Positions 18,392 through 29,110 are shown, numbered from the stretch's first letter. The stretch is DNA of 64,000 bases from an uncultured virus (IMG/VR IMGVR_UViG_3300044632_001415) (IMGVR_UViG_3300044632_001415), one strand, 5' to 3'. Numbers and translations are program-made. The notes: generated by a model not told the origin, from the letters alone.

Positions 18392-18760
18392 TTAGTATTC
18401 CTCGTATCCATTCAAAATATAGTTGACCGTTACTGCGCTTGCTAGTCCTCGTATTTTATCTGAATATGTATCTCCAGCAGTATTATTATTATTTGTTAAT
18501 ACCATTGAAGTTGACAATGTCACTGTTTCGTTAGCTGCAAGTGTTAGCGAGTTAATAAAAATGTGCGAACTTGCTACAGTTACTCCGTATGGCTTTAGAT
18601 ATAGCGTTACTGTTTGTGCGGAAGCAGACGTGTTGCATAAAATAATTTCTTTAATTACAACCTTCGTTACGTATCCAACATTATATGGGACGGTGTATAT
18701 ATCTCCTGCAGACGTAGCAAATGCTGCTGGTCCGACAAGTCTTTTCTGTGTTAAGGGCAT
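18392..18760 (-). CDS. putative virion structural protein
   Basis: beta-rich 'IYTVP...VIKEIILCNT...TV.L...FI...L.ANET'; coupled to fibre gene. Confidence 0.6.
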   Translation of the reverse strand: MPLTQKRLVGPAAFATSAGDIYTVPYNVGYVTKVVIKEIILCNTSASAQTVTLYLKPYGVTVASSHIFINSLTLAANETVTLSTSMVLTNNNNTAGDTYSDKIRGLASAVTVNYILNGYEEY

Positions 18761-21700
18761 TACATAACCTCCATTATAAATTTCATCATATTGTCTCTCA
18801 CATTGTTTACAGTTGCTACACTCACGGAACTCACCGACAATGTTGTGCCGTCAAATGTAAGGTTTGCGCTACCAGCAGCATCGTTAGAACCGTCTTTATA
18901 TACGACCTGATTTGCAGAACCAGCAACTGGGCCCGTTGCTCCTTGTGTTCCTTGCGGACCTGTAGCGCCTTGAGAACCTGTGGCGCCTTGTGGTCCAGTG
19001 CTTCCCTGTGGGCCAATATCTCCTTGTGGGCCAGTAGAACCTTGGGGACCTGTAGCTCCCTGTGGTCCTGTCGAACCCTGGGATCCTGTTTCACCCTGAG
19101 GACCAATGGAGCCTTGTGGTCCTTGCGGTCCAGTAGAACCTTGAGGACCTGTGTTTCCTTGGGAGCCAGCAGCGCCTTGTGAGCCAGTAGCGCCTTGAGA
19201 GCCTATATCCCCTTGTGGTCCTTGTGGTCCGGTTGCACCTTGGGCACCTGTAGCACCTTGTGGCCCAACATCTCCTTGTGCGCCAGTTGCACCTTGGGGA
19301 CCTGTGGCTCCTTGAGGACCAGTGGCTCCTTGAGGACCAACAGATCCCTGAGGGCCCTGAGGTCCAGTGTCACCCTGAGGTCCTATTGGACCTTGAGCGC
19401 CTGTTGATCCTTGTGGTCCAGTATCTCCTTGGGCACCTGTGGCTCCCTGAGCTCCAGTGGCTCCCTGAGCTCCAGTTGCTCCCTGCGAACCAGTTGCACC
19501 CTGCGAACCAGTTGCACCTTGTGCGCCTGTATTGCCAGTATCACCTTTGTCGCCAGTACGAACAAATGTAATAATTACATCTTGACCATTTGCCCATGTT
19601 GGAGAAGAGCCAGTCAGATAAGTAACTGGAACTTTATAATATGAGGATACATAAGTGTTTGCTCCACTTATTGCGTAATAAGCAAAGACCGCTGAATTCC
19701 CAAATTCTTCTACCCTAAAGTGTCCCTTAATTGAGGAAGTTGAATCATCAATTGTTTCAAGATATGCAGATACATCTACAGAGTTACTGTCAACTGGGTC
19801 TATATATAGGAAAGTTGCAGTCGCAAAAGTATTGTCAAACTTTAAGTTTGCTGTACCGGGATCACTGTCTGCTGTACTTGTTAAATAATTATATGAAAAA
19901 GTTGCTCCACCAAAAGAGCCCGTTGCTCCCTGTGCCCCAGTTGCTCCCTGAGATCCTGTGGCCCCTTGAACTCCCTGTGGGCCAACAGATCCCTGAGCTC
20001 CCACATCTCCCTGTGGCCCAGTTGCACCTTGGGGACCAGTTGCGCCTTGTGGGCCAGTGGCGCCTTGAGGGCCAGTAGCGCCTTGTGCGCCTTGCGAGCC
20101 AACTGCTCCCTGAGGTCCGACGTCACCCTGTGGACCAACTGAACCCTGAGGTCCCGTATCCCCTTGGGCGCCTGTTAAACCCTGAGGTCCTGTTGCGCCT
20201 TGTGATCCTGTTGCACCTTGTGATCCTGTTGCTCCTTGAGCTCCTGTCGCTCCCTGAGCACCGGTTGCACCTTGAGAACCGACGTCCCCCTGTGGGCCTT
20301 GCGGACCCGTTGATCCTTGTGCTCCAGTTGCACCTTGAGAACCTGTAGCTCCTTGCGGACCAACGTCACCCTGTGGGCCATCTCCACCAACTGGTCCTTC
20401 GCTACCTTGAGCTCCAGTAGCACCCTGGGGTCCCGTTGCACCTTCAGGGCCAGCTGAACCCTGTGGTCCTTGAGATCCAGTAGCCCCTGTTGCCCCTTGG
20501 GGACCAGTGGAACCTTGTGGGCCTATGTCTCCTTGAGCGCCAGTGGAACCTGTTGCCCCCTGAGGGCCGGTAGCGCCTTGTGCTCCTGCGTCCCCTTGTG
20601 GTCCACTCGCACCTTGTGCTCCCTGTGCTCCCTGTGTGCCAACGTCTCCTTGAGGCCCCTGTGGTCCGGTTGCACCTTGGGCACCGGTAGCGCCTTGGGA
20701 TCCGACATCTCCTTGGGGGCCAGTTGCACCCTGGGCTCCTGTGGCTCCCTGGGCTCCTGTGGCTCCCTGGGCTCCTGTGGCTCCCTGGGCTCCAACGGAT
20801 CCCTGCGGACCTTGAGGGCCAGTATCGCCTTGTGGTCCCACTGACCCCTGAGGGCCTGTTGATCCTTGGGCTCCTGTTGCGCCTTGAGAACCTTGGGGGC
20901 CAGTAGCTCCTTGAGGACCTGTTTCACCTTGTGCTCCAGTTGAACCTTGGGGCCCAATATCACCCTGAGGGCCTTGGGGGCCAATTGGGCTTGTGGAATC
21001 AAGAGAGCCATCACCCTTTACAAATTGAGTAGAAGTTCCACCTTGAGTTACAAACTTATCTGCGTTGATGTACTGGAAGTAGTTAATAGAATTGGTCGTG
21101 CCGCCAGTGCCTGATGAAGCAGCCAAGGTCGAGGAAGGTTTGTCGTAAACACAGTTGAGAATTGAATAAAAACCGTTTAGCTCAACTGGAGCAACGCTGC
21201 TTAGATTTGATGTTAAAAACTGACAGTTGGATAAAGTTACAACGCTTGATGAAGAAGATGTAACGGCGTTAGTCACAGCAGCAGCAACAATCGAATCAAT
21301 AAGAGATAAAGTTCCAGCAGTTAACACTGGGGCAACAGTCACTGCACTCTTAACAATTACATTCGCACTAGCGTTATTGACTGTTATAAAGTTGGGGTTA
21401 CCTCCAAAGATTAAAACCAAACCAGCGCCAGTGATACTTGTAGTACCAAAATCACACACACGAGCAACCGTATAATCGGCGTTACTGCTCTTTGTGAAAG
21501 TGCCAGAAACCTCACAGTTAAGTATGTTTACATTTCCCTGAGCAGCGGGCGTGCTGACCGTCAGGTTTGTCATTTTTATGCCCGAGATGGTGCAGCCAGT
21601 GTTTGTGCTTACCGTCCCTGAAATAACTATGTTCCCACCAATAAGACCAGGGCCAGTTATGGTTGTGTACTGAGTAGTTATTGATGGGCTTTCCGTGTAT

Positions 21701-22422
21701 GTCCCTGGGTGAACAATAACTGTTTTACGCTGTGAGGTCACTAAAGTAAGTGCTTTAGTAATAGAAGCAACGGGGGTTAGTAAATCACCATTACCAGTAG
21801 TATCATCTCCATCTACTTGGCTAACATGGATTTCATAGTCGTAGCCAGTAAAAGTGATTCCAGAAGCACCAGTAGCACCTTGGCTGCCCGTGGCTCCTTG
21901 AGAACCCGTAGCTCCCTGGGAGCCTGTGGCTCCTTGAGGGCCTTGTGGACCTTGTGCGCCAGCAAGAAGACTGGTACCAACACCATCGCCTCCAGTAGTT
22001 ATGTCAAGATAAAAACCTCTTGCATTTCCGCCTTGCTCAAAAAAGCGAAGTCTGTTTTGCCAAACGTCAATAGTGACCCCACCAGTAAGGGTGGTGTTGG
22101 TAACTGCTTTCTTTAGGAAAATTTCACCACCCTCATCACCAGATGAGTTATTGGAGATGAGGTTGCCTCCAGCAGCTATATTGCCAGAAACTGAGACGGC
22201 GGATGGTAAGCTTACAACAAAAGAGCCAGAGGTTTCAGTTACAGTAATTTGATCTGTAGTGCCAGTAATTCCAGTAATTAATTTAGCGCCAACAATAGTA
22301 TTAGATGCGTTCTTATAGAATAACTTGCCATCTGCATAGTTTAATGCCAGTTCCCCATGAGTCATAGAAGCAGGTACAGACGTAGTTGTACCTGAATTCT
22401 TAACTAAAATAGTATTAGCCAT
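18760..22422 (-). CDS. collagen-like tail/head fibre protein
   Basis: N-terminal 'ILVKNSG...[20 protein letters not shown]' anchor; three Gly-X-Y blocks separated by globular domains. Confidence 0.88.
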   Translation of the reverse strand: MANTILVKNSGTTTSVPASMTHGELALNYADGKLFYKNASNTIVGAKLITGITGTTDQITVTETSGSFVVSLPSAVSVSGNIAAGGNLISNNSSGDEGGEIFLKKAVTNTTLTGGVTIDVWQNRLRFFEQGGNARGFYLDITTGGDGVGTSLLAGAQGPQGPQGATGSQGATGSQGATGSQGATGASGITFTGYDYEIHVSQVDGDDTTGNGDLLTPVASITKALTLVTSQRKTVIVHPGTYTESPSITTQYTTITGPGLIGGNIVISGTVSTNTGCTISGIKMTNLTVSTPAAQGNVNILNCEVSGTFTKSSNADYTVARVCDFGTTSITGAGLVLIFGGNPNFITVNNASANVIVKSAVTVAPVLTAGTLSLIDSIVAAAVTNAVTSSSSSVVTLSNCQFLTSNLSSVAPVELNGFYSILNCVYDKPSSTLAASSGTGGTTNSINYFQYINADKFVTQGGTSTQFVKGDGSLDSTSPIGPQGPQGDIGPQGSTGAQGETGPQGATGPQGSQGATGAQGSTGPQGSVGPQGDTGPQGPQGSVGAQGATGAQGATGAQGATGAQGATGPQGDVGSQGATGAQGATGPQGPQGDVGTQGAQGAQGASGPQGDAGAQGATGPQGATGSTGAQGDIGPQGSTGPQGATGATGSQGPQGSAGPEGATGPQGATGAQGSEGPVGGDGPQGDVGPQGATGSQGATGAQGSTGPQGPQGDVGSQGATGAQGATGAQGATGSQGATGSQGATGPQGLTGAQGDTGPQGSVGPQGDVGPQGAVGSQGAQGATGPQGATGPQGATGPQGATGPQGDVGAQGSVGPQGVQGATGSQGATGAQGATGSFGGATFSYNYLTSTADSDPGTANLKFDNTFATATFLYIDPVDSNSVDVSAYLETIDDSTSSIKGHFRVEEFGNSAVFAYYAISGANTYVSSYYKVPVTYLTGSSPTWANGQDVIITFVRTGDKGDTGNTGAQGATGSQGATGSQGATGAQGATGAQGATGAQGDTGPQGSTGAQGPIGPQGDTGPQGPQGSVGPQGATGPQGATGPQGATGAQGDVGPQGATGAQGATGPQGPQGDIGSQGATGSQGAAGSQGNTGPQGSTGPQGPQGSIGPQGETGSQGSTGPQGATGPQGSTGPQGDIGPQGSTGPQGATGSQGATGPQGTQGATGPVAGSANQVVYKDGSNDAAGSANLTFDGTTLSVSSVSVATVNNVRDNMMKFIMEVM
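18925..19550 (-). repeat. collagen Gly-X-Y block (C-terminal)
   Basis: [12 protein letters not shown] triplets; boundaries approximate. Confidence 0.9.
19915..20985 (-). repeat. collagen Gly-X-Y block (central)
   Basis: long uninterrupted Gly-X-Y run; boundaries approximate. Confidence 0.9.
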
Positions 22423-22463
22423 GTAAAGACCTCTATAGGAATATAAAATAAGCGCTTATGTTA

Positions 22464-22470
22464 ATAGTAA
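22464..22470 (-). promoter_or_regulatory. putative late promoter motif TTACTAT
   Basis: same motif recurs upstream of several structural-type operons. Confidence 0.5.
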
Positions 22471-22476
22471 CATTTT

Positions 22477-23274
22477 TTATTCTGTTGTGCCAGAACAAGA
22501 TTCCAAATCTTCAAAACGTTTAGTAATCAAATCATCGTATTTAGCTGCGATTTCTGCAACGTTGTGTTGAATCAAGGCGTTGCGTGTACGCTGTGCAGTG
22601 GAAGGACCAATGTGTTGCTTGTAAATCATCTTGGGAATATAATTAAATTTAGTAATTAAAAAAGTTCTAACAACTAGATCAAAATCATCTGCTACAGTAA
22701 AACGAGGATCATGTCCATTCAACTGCCTATAGACATCTGCTCGCCATGCACGAACGTGATTAGGCGCTGAAACGATATGTCTAATAGTAGTAGGATTAAT
22801 CTCTGGAGCACCCATTGTCCACACTTGATGTTCTTCATCCCAATAGTCGGAACCATAGCCAAAAGCCCAACCATCAGGGTATCTTCCTGATTGGCCATCT
22901 GGTAAAATTTCACACCAATCAGAATAAACAAAACCAACTTCAGGATCAGTAAATGCGTCAGCAGTTAACTGTAGTGCGTCGGGCATTAATTCATCATCGT
23001 GATCTAACTCTACTAGAATGTCACCCTCGGCTGCCATCATGCACTGACGTTTAACTCTGCCAATGCTTCCAGAATGAACATGTGATTTATGCGCCATCAA
23101 TCTAAATCTTTCATCAGACGCTAAACCATAAATTTGATTCCATGTATTATTATTAGTAGAATCGTCCCAAACAACCCATTCCCAATCAGTATAAGTTTGA
23201 GATTTAAGACTTGCCCAAGTTCTAGCTAGAATACTTGGATCAGTATTATAAGTTGGTGTACAAATAGAAATCAT
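22477..23274 (-). CDS. glycosyltransferase family 2
   Basis: ISICTPTYN, EWVVWDDS, ELDHDD (DxD), VYSD, ADDFDL. Confidence 0.9.
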   Translation of the reverse strand: MISICTPTYNTDPSILARTWASLKSQTYTDWEWVVWDDSTNNNTWNQIYGLASDERFRLMAHKSHVHSGSIGRVKRQCMMAAEGDILVELDHDDELMPDALQLTADAFTDPEVGFVYSDWCEILPDGQSGRYPDGWAFGYGSDYWDEEHQVWTMGAPEINPTTIRHIVSAPNHVRAWRADVYRQLNGHDPRFTVADDFDLVVRTFLITKFNYIPKMIYKQHIGPSTAQRTRNALIQHNVAEIAAKYDDLITKRFEDLESCSGTTE

Positions 23275-23398
23275 TTAAGCCTCAGTATCAATAAAATATA
23301 TGTATATATTATCACATTAACTTGCAATGTGCCAATAATCCTTGCTCTTATTTAAGGACTTTAGTCTTACTATTCTATCGAGGATGGGAGTCTTTATC

Positions 23399-26224
23399 AT
23401 GCGGAATTTTATTGGTAACTTATTTAGGTTTTCTACTATATCACTAGCTATTGTTGGCTTTTTTGCGCCGCTATCAAGTGCGCACGCAAGCAACTTATTA
23501 GTCAACGGGGATTTTAATGGATCCTCTGGATGGACTGTGTCCCAAAATGGAGGCTCTGGAGTTTTATTCAATGGCGCTTTGCAATTTTCCTATCAGACCG
23601 GCGAAGTATTCCAAGCTATCACTGTTACACCAGGGGATACTGTAACTCTTTCATTTGCTGTTGACAATAGCCTGACAAATAGCGTAGGCCAAGGTGTTGT
23701 ATCGGACACCTGGACAGCAACGATATCCTCGGATTCGCCTTCTCCCGCCTCAGCCACAGTCACTAGATCTGTTGCTCATGATCTTGAAAACTTCAGCCTG
23801 TCCATTACCATTCCGCAAGGTGCAACGACCGCTACAATAACCTTTAGTGGTATGGACAAAGGTTTTTGGAGTGGGCACTACGGTCCAAGTATTGATAATG
23901 TCTCCATAGGAGTGACCCCAGCGGCTTTCGTCCCGACAGGGTATCCAGCAGACCAGCAGTGGGAAGCAGTGACTTACGGTGATGGAAAATTTGTTGCCGT
24001 TGCTTCGTCCGGAGATGGCAACCGTGTCATGACTTCAACAAATGGCAATTATTGGACCTCAAGAACGTCTGCTTCTGATAGTAACTGGCAGGGGATCACC
24101 TACGCCGACAATCAGTTTGTTGCGGTTGGTTCAAATGCTGTAATGACCTCGCCTGATGGAGTTACTTGGACATCAAGAACTGCGCCAGTTGGCGAGTGGC
24201 AAGCAATCACGAACTGTGGCGGTCTTTTTGTTGCTACCGCAACTTGGGGTAGCAGTTATGTAATGTCTTCCACAGATGGTGTTGAATGGACATTACGCAC
24301 TCCATCTTATGGATGGTCACATGACGCTGTTGCCTGTAGTGCAACAATTCCACGGTTTGTATCTGTGTCTCAGTTTGGTAGAGCATGGTCTTCCGCCAAT
24401 GGAACTACTGGCTGGTCTACTCAAAACCCTGGTGCAATTGTGGATATCCGAACAGTTGCGTTTGGTAATGGTCGTTTCTCGTGGCTTGAGTACAGCACAA
24501 ACTCGGGAAATAGATACGGCGGTTACTCCATAAATGGATTGAACTGGTCTGCTGGACTTGTTCCATCTAACCAGTGGAAATACATCACCTACGGCGAAGA
24601 TAAATTTATTGCGGTAGCGGAAGGTGGATTAAATTCCCGCTCCGCTTATTCAACCGATGGTGCGAACTGGACGCTAGGTTCTGGAGTTCCAAATAACTCG
24701 TGGCAAGGGGTTGCTTATGGGGCTGGAAAGTATGTTGCTGTAGCAAACTCTGGAACAGACAACAGAGTTATGACTTCTGCGGATGGTCAATCATGGGAGA
24801 GTCTGTCTGTCACTCCTCCTCCGTACTTCAATGCCGTCACAAACCTGACGGCTGTTGCCAACGCAGATGGAAGCGTGAACCTTGACTGGGATGCGCCAAC
24901 ATCAAGCAATGTTGACATCTACGCTTATGCAGTTAGTTTTTACGACCTTGACGAAATTGGTGGAACCACCTCAGGCGGTTGGGGTTTATCGACTAATCAA
25001 GGAACTACTTATTTGTTAAGCACTGGGATGTTCTCTGGTAGCAATCCTCTCACGACTGGATACGGACCAGTTCGCTTTGGCATTAAAGCAGGAAATCAGA
25101 GCTGCTTTTCCAGCGCAGGCGTAGGTCCATGCGTGTATGGACCCGAAGTCACTGTTGATGCAACTGTTCTTGATCCAACCCCCGCCACAACAACTACCAC
25201 CGAGCCCGAACCAGAAACAACTACCACAACTGAGCCCGAGCTAGAAACAACAACTACCACCGAGCCGGAACCAGAAACAACAACTACCACCGAGCCAGAG
25301 CCAGAAACAACTACTACAACTGAGCCGGAACCAGAAATAACTACTACAACTGAGCCAGAAACAATTCCTCCTGTAGTTATTCCTCCAGATACAGATCCCC
25401 CTACAGTTGATCCGGAACCAGAAACTACAGTTCCCGAACCAGAAACAACTATTCCTGAACCAGAAGTTATAGAGCCGGAGCCTGAGACTACTGTTCCGGA
25501 AGAAATATCTGATCAAGTAGATGAGATTTTATCTGGAGATTTAACTGAAGAAGAATTCGCTAATGCTGTAGATGAAATTTTAACTTCAGCTGATAACGAA
25601 GAAGAGTTAGTTGCTGCAGCTACAGAATTATTATCTGGTGATTTATCAGAAGAACAATTCACAGAGGTTATTGATCAAGTGTTTGCGGAAGAATTAAGTG
25701 ATGAGGCGTTTGCTGAAGTGCTTGATACCGTGTTCGAAGAACCACTGAGTGACGAAGAGTTTACTGCAGTCATTGATGCCGTCTTAGATCAGCCATTGAG
25801 TGACGAACAATTCGAAAATCTAGTTGACGTGTTGAGTAGTGAAACAGTTACTGATGAGCAAGTACAGGAAGCTGTCGATGCAATTATAGAAAATGGAATA
25901 ACGGAAGATCAGGCAACTGAGATTGCTACAAGTGCAGAGGTACTATCATCTATCGATGGAGAACAAGCAGCAGAAATCTTTGCTGAGATCCCTATTGATG
26001 ACATAACAGAAGAGCAAGCGTTGGAAATTATTACTGCGGTACAAGACGCTCCAACAGAAGTCCGTTCTTCATTCGAAGAAGAAATAAACATATTTGGCTC
26101 AGGAAGTTTAAATACTTATGTGCCGTTAGGTTCCAGCATAAATGTGGGACAAAGAAGAGCGGTCATAGCTGCTGGTGCAGTTATAGCTGTTGCTCCAGTA
26201 GCTGGGGCTTCAAGAAGAAGATAA
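23399..26224 (+). CDS. large secreted/membrane-anchored surface protein (carbohydrate-binding domain, beta-propeller, FN3, T/E/P linker, acidic repeats)
   Basis: signal peptide (..SSAHA), NLLVNGDF...GFWSGHYGPSIDNV, repeated W..V.YG.GKFVAV...S.DG..W, FN3-like 'VTNLTA...V.LDWDAP', hydrophobic C-terminus ending RRR. Confidence 0.8.
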   Translation: MRNFIGNLFRFSTISLAIVGFFAPLSSAHASNLLVNGDFNGSSGWTVSQNGGSGVLFNGALQFSYQTGEVFQAITVTPGDTVTLSFAVDNSLTNSVGQGVVSDTWTATISSDSPSPASATVTRSVAHDLENFSLSITIPQGATTATITFSGMDKGFWSGHYGPSIDNVSIGVTPAAFVPTGYPADQQWEAVTYGDGKFVAVASSGDGNRVMTSTNGNYWTSRTSASDSNWQGITYADNQFVAVGSNAVMTSPDGVTWTSRTAPVGEWQAITNCGGLFVATATWGSSYVMSSTDGVEWTLRTPSYGWSHDAVACSATIPRFVSVSQFGRAWSSANGTTGWSTQNPGAIVDIRTVAFGNGRFSWLEYSTNSGNRYGGYSINGLNWSAGLVPSNQWKYITYGEDKFIAVAEGGLNSRSAYSTDGANWTLGSGVPNNSWQGVAYGAGKYVAVANSGTDNRVMTSADGQSWESLSVTPPPYFNAVTNLTAVANADGSVNLDWDAPTSSNVDIYAYAVSFYDLDEIGGTTSGGWGLSTNQGTTYLLSTGMFSGSNPLTTGYGPVRFGIKAGNQSCFSSAGVGPCVYGPEVTVDATVLDPTPATTTTTEPEPETTTTTEPELETTTTTEPEPETTTTTEPEPETTTTTEPEPEITTTTEPETIPPVVIPPDTDPPTVDPEPETTVPEPETTIPEPEVIEPEPETTVPEEISDQVDEILSGDLTEEEFANAVDEILTSADNEEELVAAATELLSGDLSEEQFTEVIDQVFAEELSDEAFAEVLDTVFEEPLSDEEFTAVIDAVLDQPLSDEQFENLVDVLSSETVTDEQVQEAVDAIIENGITEDQATEIATSAEVLSSIDGEQAAEIFAEIPIDDITEEQALEIITAVQDAPTEVRSSFEEEINIFGSGSLNTYVPLGSSINVGQRRAVIAAGAVIAVAPVAGASRRR
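25183..25362 (+). repeat. TTTTTEPEPE tandem linker repeat (~30-nt unit, ~5 copies)
   Basis: direct reading of DNA and protein. Confidence 0.85.
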
Positions 26225-26242
26225 CAACAGGGAGATATAATA

Positions 26243-26431
26243 ATGAAAAAATTTATAACTAAACTAATAGCTGCACTTTACGACCAGGCTTGGACAATTG
26301 CCGGAACAATACTTGTTCTTATTACTTTGTCTGGAGACATACAGACATGGGGTATAAAAATCAGTGTTATTACCTTAATGATAGTTCTGTTTGGCGCTGT
26401 AATTAAAAAAGAAATGGATGATTCTGATTGA
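26243..26431 (+). CDS. small two-TM membrane protein
   Basis: GGGAG RBS; WTIAGTILVLITLSG. Confidence 0.7.
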   Translation: MKKFITKLIAALYDQAWTIAGTILVLITLSGDIQTWGIKISVITLMIVLFGAVIKKEMDDSD

Positions 26432-26803
26432 TTATTTAATCAAATCTTCTGGAATAATCCACAGCTTGCATACAGCGTTAGGCTCAATCTTACCAGCTAC
26501 TATTTCGCATCCCTGACCACCCATAAAAAATACGCAGTTAGAACAAATCATCCCCTGCTTAATGAAGGGGTTAACTTTTGCGGGAGCATAATGTGCACCG
26601 TTTGCCTTTGATGTCTGATCAAACTTTCCAAACATTTCAACCAATTGTTCGTATTGGTCGTACATTAATTTTTGACGAGGATTTAATTTTTCTTCAGGAT
26701 CATCTGGATCTTCTTCATCTTCAGGTTCCTCCTCGGGCATTTCATCTTCTGGCATATCTTCATCATCGCCATTAGAATATTCTGATAGCCAATAATTACT
26801 CAT
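26432..26803 (-). CDS. HiPIP-like 4-Cys protein with acidic N-terminus
   Basis: CSNCVFF.....CEIVAGKIEPNAVCKLW. Confidence 0.65.
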   Translation of the reverse strand: MSNYWLSEYSNGDDEDMPEDEMPEEEPEDEEDPDDPEEKLNPRQKLMYDQYEQLVEMFGKFDQTSKANGAHYAPAKVNPFIKQGMICSNCVFFMGGQGCEIVAGKIEPNAVCKLWIIPEDLIK

Positions 26804-27119
26804 CTCTTGAGCCACCTTTTACTATGCCATCAGGAATCGCAGCTAGTCTGCAGTAACCATTGTCTTCTACTGTCTGAGCTACAATCTTGCAAACACCATT
26901 ACCTTCGTAAAGGGCGCAATTACCACACTTGACACCTATAGTTAGGTTATCGTTTTCCGTACCTGGAACATATCCAACCCATATTCCATTACCATCACCA
27001 TTAGCGAGCTTACCGTATTTTGATACGATACCTATCATGGCCTGAACATATTCTTCCTCAGCTGCAGGAAGTTTATTTTCCATTTTTTCTAAAAATTCAG
27101 CTAACCAATAAATTGCCAT
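26796..27119 (-). CDS. HiPIP-like 4-Cys protein
   Basis: CGNCALY.....CKIV...VEDNGYCRL. Confidence 0.65.
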   Translation of the reverse strand: MAIYWLAEFLEKMENKLPAAEEEYVQAMIGIVSKYGKLANGDGNGIWVGYVPGTENDNLTIGVKCGNCALYEGNGVCKIVAQTVEDNGYCRLAAIPDGIVKGGSRDE

Positions 27120-27121
27120 TA

Positions 27122-27325
27122 TTAACCTATACACTTTCTTGAGCAGAATCTTTCATTATTATGTTCGTAAATCATACCACGTATGAACTGTCTACTACAG
27201 GTCGGACAGGTAAAAGACTTGCCTTTTAATCCTACATACAGAATAGCTTTACCTGCTGGCTCTGCTTTTAATGTAGCTACAGGTGAATTTGAAACATTTT
27301 TCTTTGCGGGCTTTTTACCGGCCAT
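27122..27325 (-). CDS. small Zn-finger (TRASH/MYM-like) protein
   Basis: CPTC...FCSRKC; AGGAG RBS. Confidence 0.65.
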   Translation of the reverse strand: MAGKKPAKKNVSNSPVATLKAEPAGKAILYVGLKGKSFTCPTCSRQFIRGMIYEHNNERFCSRKCIG

Positions 27326-27376
27326 TTTGACTCCTTAGGTATTCAAGACATCTAGGAGTATAGTAATCACTTTTTC

Positions 27377-28117
27377 CTATTTATAGTTATTTTGTATGTA
27401 AACAGGATAAGTTTCATCTATCTCATAATACTTTAGGGGAAATCTATCAAATGGATCTATTCCCTTTTCAATCCTATGCTTAATAGTTTCTAAAGACTTG
27501 TATTCATTTTCATTATATTCTGTATGCGCAAATGATTCTATCTTATATATAATATTATTAATATCTGAAAAATAAGAAAAGTGCCAACCAGCGTTGGGTA
27601 TTCTTGGCAAAAGTGCTTCTCTCATTTTTTGTGGACTATTTTTTTTTAACTCCGAGTATTTCAACGCAACTGGTCTAGCAGTTTGGTTGCAGTGATCTGG
27701 AACCTGCCAATTAAAATTCCAAAAATATTGCCTATTATCTAAAGCTACAGGTTTTTTTATATTTTTTAATTCCTGTATAACAGATGATTTAATAATTTCA
27801 TCCACATCAGATATTAAAATTATGTCATTCTTTTTAGCAAAAGATAAACCATCCATGATGGCGTTTCGTTGAAAGTATTCTCTCTCCCAAGAAGTCATTT
27901 CATCTTTTGGAAAATCAACCTTTATTTTAATTATTTTATCCAAAAATGGATTTATCCATTCACCTATATCTTCTAAATAGAAGGGCTTGCTATTGCCAGT
28001 AAAGGTTTTAGATGCCTCTACAATTACGAATGAATCAACACAAGAGTATAATTCGTGCAAGCGGATCTTTAGCATTTGTTCTTCATTAAAATACGTAAAG
28101 CAATCAAATATTTTCAT
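27377..28117 (-). CDS. glycosyltransferase family 17 (MGAT3-like GlcNAc transferase)
   Basis: DCF.YFNE..L.IRL.EL...VD.FVIVEA..TFTG..KP, E.FQRN, SDVDEI, AGWHFSY, KIESFAH.E. Confidence 0.88.
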   Translation of the reverse strand: MKIFDCFTYFNEEQMLKIRLHELYSCVDSFVIVEASKTFTGNSKPFYLEDIGEWINPFLDKIIKIKVDFPKDEMTSWEREYFQRNAIMDGLSFAKKNDIILISDVDEIIKSSVIQELKNIKKPVALDNRQYFWNFNWQVPDHCNQTARPVALKYSELKKNSPQKMREALLPRIPNAGWHFSYFSDINNIIYKIESFAHTEYNENEYKSLETIKHRIEKGIDPFDRFPLKYYEIDETYPVYIQNNYK

Positions 28118-28562
28118 ACACTAATACATTCTCATTTTTAAACATTGAATATCTTTTAATTTCAGTTTCCACTTGTGCGTTAATAGTTAGATATTTTCCA
28201 AGATCATTTGCCCAAACACCTGGATTTACCACCATTGCAAAACCGCCAGGTTTTAAAAAGCTTTTGATCTGACGGGCTACCATATCTGTGTCGTCGTTGA
28301 AAAGTTCTGGATCATAATTAAATGAAATAAATAAATCACAAATTGATTGACCAAAATATATACCGTTTATACCGGCTTCCCAGTACTTACACTCGTCGTT
28401 AGAGAGATATTTTCCTCTTTCAGTATGCATCATAAAAGCGCCAATACCATGCTTAGGCGTGTGTAAAACATCTAACAATTCTTTACTACGGCCATAAAGA
28501 GTCGTAAATGTTGTTTGTGGAAACACATCTCTAATTATATGTGCTACGTAGTCCCAATCCAT
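28104..28562 (-). CDS. methyltransferase-fold protein (degenerate)
   Basis: 'CDLFIS...IKSFLKPGGFAMV'; probable leaderless start. Confidence 0.5.
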   Translation of the reverse strand: MDWDYVAHIIRDVFPQTTFTTLYGRSKELLDVLHTPKHGIGAFMMHTERGKYLSNDECKYWEAGINGIYFGQSICDLFISFNYDPELFNDDTDMVARQIKSFLKPGGFAMVVNPGVWANDLGKYLTINAQVETEIKRYSMFKNENVLVYENI

Positions 28563-28570
28563 GATATGTA

Positions 28571-29110
28571 TTATAACACAGGCTTACGGGCGTCGACTTT
28601 AAGCCAGCCCCATTCATCTCCACGCTTAACATCTAATATTTCAAAACCCATTTTTTCAAAGTCGTCTTGCAACATTCTATGCGTTAAGCCCACAAAGTGA
28701 AAGTCAAAAGGATTAAGTTGTTCCGCAAAAAAGATTTGCTGCATTCTTCTGTCTCCATCGAGGGAGTCCATAGAGATTAATTGATTACAGGCTAGGATAA
28801 AGTCTGGGACTTCTATTCTGATCATGCCACCTGGCTTAACAATTCTACACCACTCAGCTAATACTGATTGATATTCTTTCCAAGGAAAATGTTCTAGACA
28901 TTCAGAGTTATAAACTATGTCAGCGTAATTATCTGGAAGATTGATTTTTCGTGCATCGCAAACTACGTCTACTGGGACAAAAGTTTTATTTACATGATCA
29001 TATAATGGTGTTGGGTCTATATCTATGTGCATCCAGTCTGAACCTAGGTATGTTCTAGTACCAATTACAACTTTTATGCCATTACCTTGTGGTATTGTTT
29101 CTAATCTCAT
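28571..29110 (-). CDS. SAM-dependent methyltransferase
   Basis: DA....LPDN.AD.VY.S.CLEHF...EW.RIVKPGG.IRIEVPD. Confidence 0.85.
   Translation of the reverse strand: MRLETIPQGNGIKVVIGTRTYLGSDWMHIDIDPTPLYDHVNKTFVPVDVVCDARKINLPDNYADIVYNSECLEHFPWKEYQSVLAEWCRIVKPGGMIRIEVPDFILACNQLISMDSLDGDRRMQQIFFAEQLNPFDFHFVGLTHRMLQDDFEKMGFEILDVKRGDEWGWLKVDARKPVL

Noticed and set aside
18721..22116. Many alternative-frame and antisense ORFs over the collagen gene
   Set aside because: Expected by-product of GC-rich Gly-X-Y periodicity; no RBS or protein-like features.
25183..25900. Non-coding repeat array
   Set aside because: Repeats are in frame within the surface-protein gene and encode linker and acidic helical units.
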